In this document: one piece after another, positions 1 to 13,205 of the stretch
Layout: every line of letters starts with the position of its first letter
How positions within the stretch are numbered: position 1 is the stretch's first letter
Assembly: GCF_006345805.1 (NCBI RefSeq)
Contig: NC_043021.1
Location: forward strand, 1,240,001 to 1,304,000
Direction: 5' to 3'
DNA from: Octopus sinensis
Lineage: Eukaryota
DNA: 64,000 nt
Notes under the pieces: model-generated
Databases searched by the model: none
The model's input: only the letters and a program-made list of their open reading frames with translations
Told to the model about the DNA's origin: nothing
Translations under genes and position numbers: made by a program

Positions 1-262
1 TCCTTACTCTTTTTACTCTTTTACTTGTTTCAGTCATTTGACTGCGGCCATGCTGGAGCACCGCCTTTAGTCGAGCAAATCGACCCCGGGACTTATTCTT
101 TGTAAGCCCAGTACTTATTCTATCGGTCTCTTTTGCCGAACCGCTAAGTTACGGGGACGTAAACACACCAGCATCGGTTGTCAAGCAATGCTAGGGGGAC
201 AAACACAGACACACAAACATATACACACACACTTATATATATATATACATATATACGACAGG
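1..262 (-). mobile_element. tRNA-SINE family A, 3' part
   Basis: Near-identical to copies at 7263, 10024, 25160 and 63716; tail GCTCCAGCATGGCCGCAGTCAAATGACTGAAAC. Confidence 0.85.
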
Positions 263-458
263 CTCAAAACAAGGTCAAACAACTGACACGCAAATCTGTG
301 GTATTGAGCAGAATATTTGCTGTAGCCCATCTTTTTATACCAAGACAAAACAATGTACAGGATAACACTTCCAATCAGTTAAGATCAAAAGCCACGAGAA
401 CCACTGCCTGGTACTGCATCAGGGCATTTACTGCATCAGGACATTTACTGGGCATTTA

Positions 459-499
<41 letters not shown>

Positions 500-500
<1 letters not shown>

Positions 501-1500
501 TTTTTTTTTTCTTCTTTCAAATTTGCTTCCATTTCTTGCCGAGTGTCTTCCCGACTCCTAGGGCAAAGAAACTCATAGTATACATTGGTAGGCCATTAAA
601 CCAAACTCAATAGTTCGTTCATTTTTTTTTTTTTTTTTTTTAAGTTAAATTAAAATACATGAGCAGCAACAGTTCTCACATCGACAATGCTCTTCTCAAT
701 ACGTGTGATGTACCAGTTAAGACAATCTTTTGCACTTCTTGCAGGGATGGTAAGCCAGGGATCATTCTCATATAATTTTCGGTTCCCTTCTTGATCATTC
801 CTAGTGCTCCTACGATCACTGGTATTGTAACCGCCTTGAGATGCCACATTTTCTCAATTTCAATGAGTAGGTCTTTATATTTTCTGAGCTTGTCAAACTC
901 TTTCGCTGAGATATTATGATCACAGGGGATGCTCATGTCGATCAATAAGCAAACTTTATTGTTTTGGTCTTTCACAACAATATCTGGTTTATTGGCCTTG
1001 ATGGTTCGGTCTGTATGTACTGGAAAGTTCCACAGAATGGTTACATTTTCTCCTTCAGTTACAGCCTCAGGGTGGTGATTATACCACTTGTCAGCAGTTT
1101 TGATATTGTAATGCCGACTTATTAGCCAGTGTAGATATTGGCCAACCCTGTCATGTCTTAATTTATACTCCACTGGAGCTAAGACTTTACATCCAGAGAT
1201 TAGGTGGTCCACTGTTTCAATCATGTCGTTGCAGAATCGGCATTTTGGGTCTGCTCCATTTTTCATCACATTGGCCTGGTAGTTCCGGGTTAATAGGCTT
1301 TGATCTTGAGCAGCCAGGATGAAACCTTCGCTCTCTGCTTTTAGCCCTGAGCTCCGTAGCCACTGATGGGTTTGCTTCTGGTCAACATCAGCTTGTTTGC
1401 TGCGGGTCACATATTTGCCGTGCAGAGGTTTCTCCTCCCACCTATCAGCCAATTGCTCGTGCGCTTTTTTCGTTGCCATTATTTTCACCTTCTTTGCAAC
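500..1500 (-). mobile_element. 5'-truncated non-LTR retrotransposon with restriction-like endonuclease (R4/Dong-like), copy 1
   Basis: ORF 676-1488 has a CxxC...HxxxxC knuckle, RHD, KPDIVV..LIDMSIP and K..KY..L; (TAA)n on both sides. Confidence 0.88.
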
Positions 1501-1586
1501 AATAATTATTATTATTATTATTATTATTATTATTTATTATTATTATTATTTTATTATTATTATTGTTATTATTATTATTATTATTA

Positions 1587-1633
<47 letters not shown>

Positions 1634-1635
<2 letters not shown>

Positions 1636-3172
1636 TAGTTTTATTTTTATAGCGTGCTTTCACTTCACTACCGAGCGCAGCACTGTGTGCCTTGGGTATG
1701 TGCTGTGATTTGTTGTGATGCTCTGATGGTTATTGTATGGAAAGTGTTCTGCGTAGGATGTGTGTAGTGCCTAGTAGTGCAATTTTCTGTATGTTATATG
1801 TGTTTGTAAGTCCTGGTGTTTTTGTTATGTATTTATCTGAATATTTTTTTATCATGCCTAATGCACCTACTATGATAGGAATTGTTTCTGTTTTCAGATT
1901 CCACATTCTAGTTACCTCTTTTTCCAGGTCTTTGTATTTTGAGAGTTTCTCCATTTCTTTTAGAGACACGTTGTCATCTGCCGGTATTGATACATCAATT
2001 AGAAAGCATTTTTTTTCTTCATGATCTCTGACAACTATATCTGGTCTGTTGGCCTTAATTTCTCTATCTGTGTGTATCGGCATATCCCAGAGTATGGTTG
2101 CTTTCTCGTTTTCTGTGACCTTTTCTGGTGTGTGCTTATACCATCTTTTTTCTGTTGTTATTCCATAATGTTGGCATAGCTTCCAATGTATGTAGGTTCC
2201 AACTCTGTCATGTCTGTGAATATATTCCTTCTTAGCCAGGACTGGGCAGCCAGAGATAATATGATTTATTGTTTCTTGTCCATCTCCACATATTCTGCAG
2301 TTACTTGTAATATTTCTTTTCATTACATGTTTTTGGTCATTTCTGGTGGGGAGGCTTTGGTCTTGTGCTGCAATTAAAAATCCCTCTGTTTCTGCTTTGA
2401 GTCCTGAGCTTCTCAACCATTGCTGGGATTTTTCTTTGTCTATTTCTTTTGCGTTTAGTTTAGTGCAGTATTTACCATGAAGGGGCTTTTCTTGCCATCG
2501 TTTTATCATGGTTCGTTGCTGTTCTATTTTTAGTTTGGATTTCATTTGTTTTATAGCTTTTGTTGTTTCTTCATCATCTTCTTCTTCTTCTTCATGTTTA
2601 TTAGGTGGTATGATTTCTTGTTTGTATTTGTCAGCTTCCTTAAATACTGAGAACAGTTTTTTGTTTTGCTCGTGTTTTGCTGCTATCTGGATCAGTTTTC
2701 CTTCCTTCTGAAGTAGATATTTTTGCAGTCCTATGGTGGTTATTTTATAGTAGTTTTCCAGCTGTATAAGGCCTCTACCACCTTCTATACGTTGTATATA
2801 TAGTCTTTCTATGTCAGATTTTGGGTGATGCATCCTAGATCCTGTCAGTATTTTTCTTGTTTTCCTATCTATTTTGGACAGTTCATTTCGTGTCCAGTTA
2901 AGGATATTGTAGCTGTAACTTATAACTGGGACAGCTAAAGTGTTGATACCTATTATCTTGTTTTAAGCATTGAGCTCTGTTTTTAGTATTGATCTAACTC
3001 GTCTATAATATTCTTTTTTTTATTTTCTCTTTCATTTGTGTGTGTTGTGTCTTGTCTAGTTCATGGATTTCTAAGTATTTGTAAGTTTGGCTTTGGTCTA
3101 ATTCTTTTATTTCATTGGTTTTATCTAGTGTGATGTTGTTACTCTTAACTAGTTTTCCTCTTTTTTTCCTCC
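1634..3172 (-). mobile_element. 5'-truncated R4/Dong-like element, copy 2 (different subfamily)
   Basis: ORF 1730-2833 has the same knuckle plus RPDIVV..LIDVSIP; frameshifted thumb region extends to ~3170; (TAA)n on both sides. Confidence 0.88.
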
Positions 3173-3326
<154 letters not shown>

Positions 3327-3951
3327 GTGTACCATCAGGACTTGTATTTTGCTGTTTGATTTTTGTTTTTATCCTCGTTTTTGTACTTGTCTTTGGTTAA
3401 AAACTCACACATACATAGACATGAGTACAAACATACAACATACATGCTCGCGTGCATACATATATGCGTACGAATACATAGAGACAAAAGGAGCCTAAGC
3501 CACACACTTTCGGCATGACTCCCTGCTTGGCGGATGGGAACTTTTTGTAGGGAAATACTTTATTTGGTTTGTTTTCGGCACAAGAAATTCTTACTCGAGT
3601 GGCCCGAACACTTATTTGTCTCTTCTACCAATCCTTAACAACTTTCTTCAGAATACATGTCGGAATCAACAATCTGTGGTCACATCTTGTATAACCTTTA
3701 ACGAAAGTAAAGACCCTGAGGAATGAAAAGGGGTTAAAACCCGTGAAGCAAAACAATAAGCTCACCAGAGAAATTAAGGGAATACAAAAAACAGAAAACA
3801 CAAAAACTATTTACCAACAACATATTTTCCATTAAATATTTCGATTGTATCAATATATTATGATTGAATTTTCATTGTTCTCTTGCAACATCGTTATGTA
3901 TTTTCATTAAATTTCTTGAAATATTTCTTAGAGACTTAAGAATATTTCTGA

Positions 3952-4197
3952 GAGACTTACATGGTGTGGATGTGGGTTTCTTTAAAACTAAACTGGATCT
4001 CTTCTTGTCGGGGGTCCCAGATGAACCTACCTCACGACAGGAGACACAGATACGGGCAGGGGCATCGAACTCCCTTGTTGATCAAGTGCCACGTATCAGA
4101 GGTGGATTCACATATTAGTGTAGCTCATTCAGCGGTGGTGCCCCAGCATGGTCGCGGCCTTCGAGCTAAAACATTTTTAAGGATTTAAGAATTTATT
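3952..4197 (+). mobile_element. 3' end fragment of a CR1/L2-like LINE
   Basis: RDLHGVDVGFFKTKLDLFLSGVPDEP...NSLVDQ C-terminus, followed by a 3' UTR ending GCCCCAGCATGGTCGCGGCCTTCGAGCTAAAAC(TTTAAGGA). Confidence 0.7.
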
Positions 4198-5044
4198 AAT
4201 AAGTGGAAATGACCAAAAAGATTTGAGACATTATATTTCATTAGTCATACGTTATAATTTTATTTTACAAATTTACATAATACAGGTAAATAAATTTTCA
4301 AGGATTTCATGACGGAGCAAATGGTGTAAGAAGTTTTGTCGATCCCTGATATAGGTGTAGCAGTTGTTTAAACTCAACTCATCTTTAATTGAACAAATTC
4401 AAGCATATTCCATCTAGGACGATTCTATTTTTGTATATTTTTCCTTCAAATGTCTAATACCGCATTATATGATGTATCCTTTCTTTTCTAAGACAGTAAT
4501 TTGAGGTAGATCTGGTTACTATTTCTAGTCGGTGGAGTCATCACATAAAGCCTCTTAGGGGTCTACCATATGATATATGAGTGGTTCTTAAAAGTTGTTC
4601 TTTACGATTATAGCTTGGTTTAACCAGTGCAGTCAAGGCCATGATGGAGCATTGCTTGTAATGTTGAAGATACATTTTCATGAGAAGTTCACAGGCTATG
4701 TTAATATTATTGATTGAATGCAGGATGTTAACACATTCTTATTTCAAGAAGAGTTTTTCTGCGACATAGTTATTCGTATGAATAACTGAAAAGTATGGCT
4801 TTGAATTCCCCTGTCCCAATCCCTTCTGAAAGTGATCTTGGAGAAGAAAAGCCTAGAATGTTAAAAGAGATTCTGCGGCAGATGTAGGTTGGTGTCTCGC
4901 TTTTCTGAACTGAAATCACCGACAACATTTTCCTTTTCCTTCCTGTGAGTTGTCGATCAACTAACTAGCAATATGCTTCCTTAATAAAGTCAGATGGTGA
5001 TTTTACAGGGCTAGAAAACAAGAGACAATGATTGCATTTGCTCG

Positions 5045-5308
5045 CCCGAACACTTACTCTAGTCTCCCGAACACTTACTCTTGTCGCCCGAACACTTACT
5101 CGAGTGGCCCGAACACTTACACTAGTCTCCCGAACACTTACTCTTGTCGCCCGAACACTTACTCGAGTGGCCCGAACACTTACTCTTGTCGCCCGAACAC
5201 TTACTCGAGTGGCCCGAACACTTACTCTAGTCTCCCGAACACTTACTCTTGTCGCCCGAACACTTACTCGAGTGGCCCGAACACTTACACTAGTCTCCCG
5301 AACACTTA
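5045..5308. repeat. 21-bp minisatellite, 12 units plus a partial unit, with higher-order structure
   Basis: Core CCCGAACACTTAC with three end variants (TCTAGTCT/ACTAGTCT, TCTTGTCG, TCGAGTGG). Confidence 0.97.
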
Positions 5309-5839
5309 TTTGTCTCTTCTACCAATCCTTAACAACTTTCTTCAGAATACATGTCGGAATCAACAATCTGTGGTTATAACGATCATCAACACACTGTAGC
5401 TATCATCATACCAATGCATGCCCCACCATAGCTACACCAAATACTGTTATATGTCTGCACCTCTACAACTACTAATGCTCTTCAACGTAAATTGATCATT
5501 ACACCAGAAAACCCCTGCACAGGAAGTGAAATGAAACATTTATTACCATATAAAAAGTGCTTTTTAAAAAAGAAGAAAAATTACATATATACATTGATGG
5601 CTTAAAGCTTAGATAAAATGAATTGTGACTAACCTAGATGACCGCAAGCAATGGCCTACCAAATTTCTTGTTTATCTACATATTCCCTACACTCCTATTT
5701 ATCTATATTTCCCTGCTACTTACCTTCATACCCACACCTATCTGTCCCTGCCCACTACTTTCTCATCTATCTATCGCATCTATCTGTCTTACCCCCGGCT
5801 ACTTAGATACCTAAATACCTGTCACCGTAGAAAATTATT

Positions 5840-6080
5840 TTAATAATTCATTTTGCAATCACTGAGCTCTAAAAGTACCTCTAAGCAGTATTCTGGCTCA
5901 AAGTCATGGACCTGGGTCTCATCTCCTGTGACTATTCTCTCCAAAACAGCTTTGCCTTCATCACTGTAGCGATCGAGTAAGTGTTGACAGATCTCCACAT
6001 TATTGCGTTTAAGAGCTGTAAGCTCCCTTGCCACACATCTCGCACAGACTTTATGGAAGCGAAGCTTGCAGATGATTTCG
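5840..6080 (-). mobile_element. mariner transposase fragment
   Basis: LERIVTGDETQVHDFEPE resembles the first-Asp catalytic motif IVTGDETWV. Confidence 0.8.
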
Positions 6081-6613
6081 TATGCAGCACCATGACTAAT
6101 TTACAGAGAACATGCTACCCCATTGACGGTCACTCGTCGCTTCGCAAGAACCATCTCTCAATCTTGTCGAATCATCACGTTAGTGGTGGAGGTCGATAGA
6201 CGTATTGCTCCCTTTTCGTGTTTCACGCGTGTTCGGCTACTTTCAAAGCTTACGATTCACAGAGGCACGTTACAACGCGGTAGAGTACTGTCCTCATATT
6301 AGGCTGAGAGCCTGCGTTGGACTTCAACCCCTGACGCATCTTCAGATCAGAGATTAGAACCACTGATCTCTGTTCTTCCTGGGTATACACTGCCAGCGAA
6401 GCCGCTACGTTAACTTTGTAACACAAGAAAGAAAACTAGAGCGATTAAGGTCAAACCTCGGTTGTGTAACCATAAAGGTACGACCCTTCAGGACGCGAGA
6501 GCTGAAGGCAATGCGACCAAACGAAAGGTTTTGGAGAAAATCTGATTAATTTTTGGCTCCTCGTAGTATATTACACACACATACAGACACACATACAGAC
6601 ACACACCCACACT

Positions 6614-6650
<37 letters not shown>

Positions 6651-7262
6651 AAGCACACACATTTAGAGAATGAATCATTGATTTAATACATACGACACAA
6701 TATTATATGTAGACTTTGTGTGTTTTCGCGCGCGCGCGAATGTATCGATGCGTGTACCTGTGTGTGTGTGCGTGCGCACAATACAGTATACAATATATCA
6801 GTGAGTCATTAGGATCAACCCATAAATTCATTGGCAATAAACAGCAAGGTACTGAAATCAAATAAGTGAGATTACATTTTGATTTATTGTGTTGAAGTTT
6901 TTGTCATAGCGATGAAATATAGAAGACTGGGAGGAGCGATCCTGTTCAAGAACAACGATCCATAAGGGTCGGTTATGTGTGTTCTGTCACAGATGAGCCC
7001 TGTGATAATTATCGAAGTGGCGAACTCCCTTTGGCTGAATACCGAACAGCCACTACAAAATGGCGCCATTGGCCGCTGAGTTTAAGGTTTCATGCTGCGA
7101 AAGGTTTTTCAGCCATTCTATGAAACGTAGGGATAAGTATGCTGTCTGTTTAAAACCACAAACGCCGCGATAATCAATGGTGAGAGGATTAAAGGAGAGC
7201 GTTAAATGAAACAATTAAGGCATTTGGGGGGAGAGACAAACATGTGTGTGTGTGTATATATA

Positions 7263-7663
7263 TACTCTTTACTCTTTACTCTTTTACTTGTTTCAGTCAT
7301 TTGACTGCGGCCATGCTGGAGCACCGCCTTTAGTCGAGCAAATCGACCCCGGGACTTATTCTTTTGTAAGCCCAGTACTTATTCTATCGGTCTCTTTTGC
7401 CGAACCGCTAAGCATCGGTTGTCAAGCAATGCTAGGGGGACAAACACAGACACACAAACACACACATACACATATACATATACACATATGTACATATATA
7501 CGACAGGCTTCTTTCAGTTTCCGTCTACCAAATCCACTCACAAGGCATTGATCGGCCCGGGGTTATAGCAGAAGACACTTGCCCAAGATGCCACGCAGTG
7601 GGACTGAACCCGGAACCATGTGGTTGGTTAGCAAGCTACTTACCACACAGCCACTCCTGCGCC

Positions 7664-7664
<1 letters not shown>
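7263..7664 (-). mobile_element. tRNA-SINE family A, near full length
   Basis: Head GGCGCAGGAGTGGCTGTGTGGTAAG...GGTTCAGTCCC (A/B-box-like), CORE-like CTTGGGCAAGTG, internal (CA)n and the family tail. Confidence 0.9.
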
Positions 7665-7750
<86 letters not shown>

Positions 7751-7941
7751 ATATTACGTATGTATATTTTACATATTCGGATGAACGTGTCTATGCAATG
7801 CTATGCAATTTAATTGAGGAGTAATTAATTCAGTTAATCGCATAAGTGAATCATCGTCGTCAGACGAAGGAGATCCACCACCACCCACAGACATCCGCAC
7901 ACACACCCATGCGTACACATTCACATACACATACACACACA

Positions 7942-8007
<66 letters not shown>

Positions 8008-8427
8008 TAGCCTCAAATGTCACGTGTACGCATGTTCAACAGTTGAAAACTTGTTATTTCTACAACTATGGTGAATCTAAAGAGTACCTAACATAGTTGT
8101 ATGTACTCACCACACGCACACACACATACAGACAAACCACATATTTTCTATCGAGGTTTCCTGTCTTTCAACCTTCCTACATGTAATCGTCAAAACTCTT
8201 CCAGAATGAATGATGGAAAACTAAATCAACCCACCTCAAACTAAGAAAAAACAAAACAACATTGTAGTTGACACTTTTGTTCGGTTAGTAACCCAGAGCC
8301 TTGTTAATTGTAAAAGGGCAGAGATATCTTAATGTAACGTTTGCATGCGACATTGAGTTATGATATGAGATAACTGCTTCATAATGATGGATTCTGAGTT
8401 AAAAGATATATTTAGTAGTCCTGCATT

Positions 8428-8605
8428 TGCGTGGCCTAGTGGTTAGGGTGTTGAACTCACAATCGTGAGTTCGATTCCTGGACCGGGCGGTATGTTGTGT
8501 TCTTGAGCAAAACACTTCATTTAACCTTGCTCCAGTGCTGTGTGGGGACCGGCAAGCCAAAAAATAGATCCAGTTTCCCCTGCATGTCGTAAAAGGCACC
8601 TAAAA
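8428..8605 (+). mobile_element. tRNA-SINE (family B-like head) with a Nin-like segment
   Basis: A box TGGCCTAGTGG, B box GAGTTCGATTCC, CORE-like CTTGAGCAAAACAC, then CCTGCATGTCGTAAAAGGCACCTAAAAG. Confidence 0.7.
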
Positions 8606-9054
8606 GAGATTGGGGGTAGAATTTGCACTTCGACCTCGCAAAATCCTCACCAGATAACGACTACCCAAACAGATACATGGGTTGGAAGGTTGCCGCCTGT
8701 GTAGTGCAGAAGTATCACCCGCCAACAATAGTAGGGAATCCCCAACAAATGGTGGACGTATACATGCTCTGTTACAGCGCATGCCCTCATACTATGATAT
8801 TTGGACATGTGTCTTATGTTGTTCGTATTTGTGGAACAGCTGTCGATTAATTCGAAATTGTGTCTCTTGAATATTTCGTTTTTCTGTTTAGTTTCTAAGA
8901 TTCTTGATGTGAGCTCGTATATTGAAATATATTTTAATGTATCTCGGGAAGGTCATATTGCCAATAGAATATGTGTATGTCTGTGTGTGTTTGGGTGGGT
9001 AGGTTTGTATGCGCGCGTGTATGTATGATATATATATAATATATATATATGTAT

Positions 9055-9115
<61 letters not shown>

Positions 9116-9150
9116 ATATATATATGTAGAAGAGAGAGAGAGAGAGAGAG

Positions 9151-9188
<38 letters not shown>

Positions 9189-9414
9189 TGTAAATATATC
9201 AAAATATAAATACTACAGAACGGTGGACAACATATAAATACATAAAAACGAAACTATAACAATATAAAATATAAGATATTTATTTACAGTATTCATGTTA
9301 ACTTGACACTGCATGAACGCGCACATAATATGCATGCAGTTGGGCGTATAGACACACACACACACACACACACACACGTCCTTTTGTCTTTTGTTTTGTT
9401 ACTTTTAATTTTTG

Positions 9415-9468
<54 letters not shown>

Positions 9469-10023
9469 AATAAAATAGAACATATGCATATATAAACATA
9501 TATGTACGTACCTATCTCTACATGTACATATACACGCATATATGTGTACAGGACACCAAAAAGACGTCGAACACATAGCGAGACGAAAAACATAGACACA
9601 AACCAAGGAACAGGACAAGCAAAAAAAAATGGGATACAGGACAATAAGCACAACGAAAAATCCCCTTCTTCAGTCGCTAAGGTTTCATCTACTCTACGTT
9701 TCGAAGGATAAAAGCGAGACGTATCTTCGAAGAAACTTCCTTCCTGCGAAAAGCAAATCAATTAAAATTCTGAGATCTTTTCGCAGAGGGGTAAAAAATG
9801 GTAAAAAAAAATTGGTAAAAAAAGCAAGACGGTAACGACAGTACAAACATATAAACAGTAAAAAAATATATATAAACAGTGGAAAAATAAAAATATAACA
9901 GTGAGAGACAGGACAAGGAGAACAAGATAAGAAGGGCTGTTTACGCCAGACGAAAAAAGTATTGCAAACGCTGGATTATAGTGGACGACGAGAGAGAAAG
10001 AATGTCATATATATATATATATA

Positions 10024-10274
10024 TACTCTTTTACTCTTACTTGTTTCAGTCATTTGACTGCGGCCATGCATGAGCACCGCCTTTAGTCGAGCAAATCGAT
10101 CCCAGGACTTATTCTTTGTAAGCCTAGTACTTATTCTAACGGTCTCTTTTGCCGAACCGCTAAGTTACGGGGACGTAAACACACCAGCATCGGTTGTCAA
10201 GCGATGTTGGGGGACAACACAGACACACAAACTATACACACATACATATGTATATATATGTATATATATAATAT

Positions 10275-10336
<62 letters not shown>

Positions 10337-10480
10337 CGACGGGCTTCTTTCAGTTTCCGTGTACCAGATCCACTCACAAGGCTTTGGTCGGCCCGAGGCT
10401 ATAGTAGAAGACACTTGCCCAAGGTTTCACGAAGTCGGACTGAACCCGGAATCATGTGGTTGGAAAGCAAGCTACTTACC
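10024..10480 (-). mobile_element. tRNA-SINE family A, head truncated
   Basis: Colinear with the 7263 copy but more diverged. Confidence 0.88.
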
Positions 10481-10820
10481 ACGAAGACCCCCTTCGGTCA
10501 TGAATGATCATGGGATTGTACCTAGAAAATTACCCCCCGAGGCTCAAGTCCGGACAAGGCCGTTTATGGAAGACCAGCAGTCGCACATGCATATCACCTT
10601 CCACACCCCACGCCACTGATGTTATCGAAGGGAAAGGCAAAGGGGTCGATACAGCTTGGCACCAGTGACGTCACAACTCATTTCTACAGATAAGTGAACT
10701 GGAGCAACGTGAAATAAAGTGTCTTGCTCAAGAACACAACACGCAGCCCGGTCCAGGAATCGAACTTACTACCTGAGGATTGTGAGCCCGACACTCTTAT
10801 CACTAAGTCATGTGCTTCAC
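10481..10820 (-). mobile_element. tRNA-SINE family B
   Basis: Minus strand shows an A-box-like head, AGTTCGATTCC and TGTGTTCTTGAGCAAGACAC. Confidence 0.85.
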
Positions 10821-10848
10821 TACAACTACCACCACCACCACCACCACC

Positions 10849-10926
<78 letters not shown>

Positions 10927-11014
10927 ACTACTACTACTACCACCACCACCACTACTACTACTACTACTGCTACTACTACTGCTGCTACTACTACTACTAC
11001 CACCACCACCACCA

Positions 11015-11081
<67 letters not shown>

Positions 11082-11083
11082 AC
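10821..11083. repeat. Compound trinucleotide microsatellite (CCA/CTA/CTG)
   Basis: Direct reading; source of the poly-S/L/V/T pseudo-ORFs. Confidence 0.97.
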
Positions 11084-11527
11084 ACACGCACGAGGATATG
11101 CATGTATGTGTATATACTTGTGCCATGTATCACCTTACATGTAGCTACCACCAAAAGCGAGTCGATGGAGATATCGATAGGATCAGGGTCACTCCCTGCT
11201 AATTCTCCTCAAGCATTTCTGCATCGTTTTCCATGGCCACACTTAGCCAGCCTGGTCGTCGTCATCGTCGTCTTTGTATTCTTTGACCATGTTATTATTT
11301 CAAAAGAAAATAAAACCAAACAATAGTAACAACTCTCACCGTCAGCTGAGAGTTGTGTGTATTTGTGTGCGTGTGAGTGAGAGATTCAGAGATTGTGTTT
11401 GTTTTATTGTGTAGATGTGTGTGTGTGTGTGTTTGTGATGTATGTATCTGAGTATGTTTTGCGAAGTATTAGGTGAAAAATGTTGGGTTGGGTGCACACA
11501 TTTTTCATGCATTTCATTTGTACTTGA

Positions 11528-11625
11528 TTTCTTCTTCTTCTTCTTCTTCTTCTTCTTCTTCTTCTTCTTCTTCTTCTTCTTCTTCTCCTCCTCCTCCTCC
11601 GCCGCCGCCGCCACCCCCTCCTCCT
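11528..11625. repeat. (CTT)n(CCT)n(CCG)n compound microsatellite
   Basis: Direct reading. Confidence 0.95.
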
Positions 11626-13148
11626 TTTTTTGTCGCCGTCGTCTTAGTCGTCTCTGAGATATTTCATCGGAAAATTACAGGTTGTAATTGTGTTGACAAT
11701 CTGGTGGATATAAATAATTTTAGTGGAGAGGCTCCTCTCTATTCATTCGCCTGACTTGGGGCAGTTGAGTTATGTCTCTGTTTCCTAAACAACTGCATCC
11801 ATGTTAGTTAAACTAATTAAAAGTTCATTAACTAACTCCAAGTGATGTAAAATTAAGAAACAAACCATTAACACAAACACTCACAAAAGAAACAAAAAAC
11901 ATCAAATATACACACGTTTACATATATTTATAGAAGATCACGCGCAGAGATCGCGAGTGTAAAGAGAGAGGCGACATATCACTTGCGTCAATCTATCTGT
12001 CTATACACACGCGCACATGTAATACATACATAAGCGCATATATGTTTATACACTTGCGATATATATATATATACATATATAATATAGTACATGTTTGAAT
12101 ATATTTAAATATCATATATAACATATAATTAAAGGTTATTTTATTTTCCCTGGATTGACATCGATACGCTGAATATTTGGATATTTTAAATCTCTGGTGA
12201 CTTGCGTTCTACCACTACCATCATATATACATAAATACACAGTCATATGCAAATATATATACATTCCACGCATACATATCTGAATATATATATGAACTGA
12301 GGAACTGAGTGTTCAGTTCAGAAGTAGAGTGTTAGTATTTATATATAACGCCGAGAATAGTTATTTAACGGATTATCGAAAATATAATTTGGCCCAAAAC
12401 GTGATAAATATTTCAGGATGACCGAGGGAAAAGCAACACAAGGAGAGCCAGAGGTAAGTGTGGCAAACTCTTTGATGAAATGGTGTTTTGTTTTTTGTGT
12501 TCCATAAATGCGAAGTCCCATTGGAATGGAAAGATATGGCATTGTAGAACTTCTCTGTTTACTCTGTACAGGTACGAGGACTTGAACTTAGCAAAGTAAG
12601 CGAATGAGGCAGTATTTAATGCAATGATTTGCACCACCTTATGGTGTCTGTTTACTGCAAGACAGTTTCACCCTTGACGGTCAATTTAAGATGTACTGGG
12701 TCCTGGCTATAAACTTTCTATCCTCTAACCAGCACGCTCATAGTTGAGATGTTTTACATATGTTTTGCCAATCAGTTGAGATCTTAGTTTCTATTTCTAG
12801 TTAGCATTTTTTACCCAACATGTATAGGGCGGATTGACATAATCCTTGGAACATTGGACAAAATATCAGTCGTATATATTCCGGTTGTCCACATTCTGAT
12901 TTCAAATCCCGCTGCAGTCAAATTTGCTTTTCGCCTCTCAGGGGTTGATAAAATAAGGTACCAGTCATATATTGGGGACCGATTTACTAACCCCTCCTCC
13001 CAATTGCTGTTCTTGAGTCTCCATCAGAAATAATTTTTACAACAATGTTCTTCTCTATTTCCAACAAAATCTTTCTCTTTTATTAAAAAACATATCTCTG
13101 AGCAACTTTCTGCCCAAGTAACACAAATGATTAAATCCACGACAGACA

Positions 13149-13205
<57 letters not shown>

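Noticed and set aside
4550-4900. Possible hAT dimerisation-domain remnant on the minus strand
   Set aside because: No diagnostic ERSFS-type motif could be read; too weak to call.
5045-5308. CRISPR-like constant core with variable ends
   Set aside because: The variable parts are 8-bp recurring variants, not unique spacers; the context is eukaryotic and there are no cas genes.
9685-9740. Second hammerhead-like motif on the minus strand (TTCGAAGA...TCGAAACGTAGAG)
   Set aside because: The CUGANGA box is broken and stem II does not pair convincingly; at most a decayed PLE end.
12415-12457. AG|GTAAGT donor as a possible 5' UTR exon of the transporter
   Set aside because: A lone consensus donor is expected by chance in 64 kb, and there is no convincing acceptor before the ATG.
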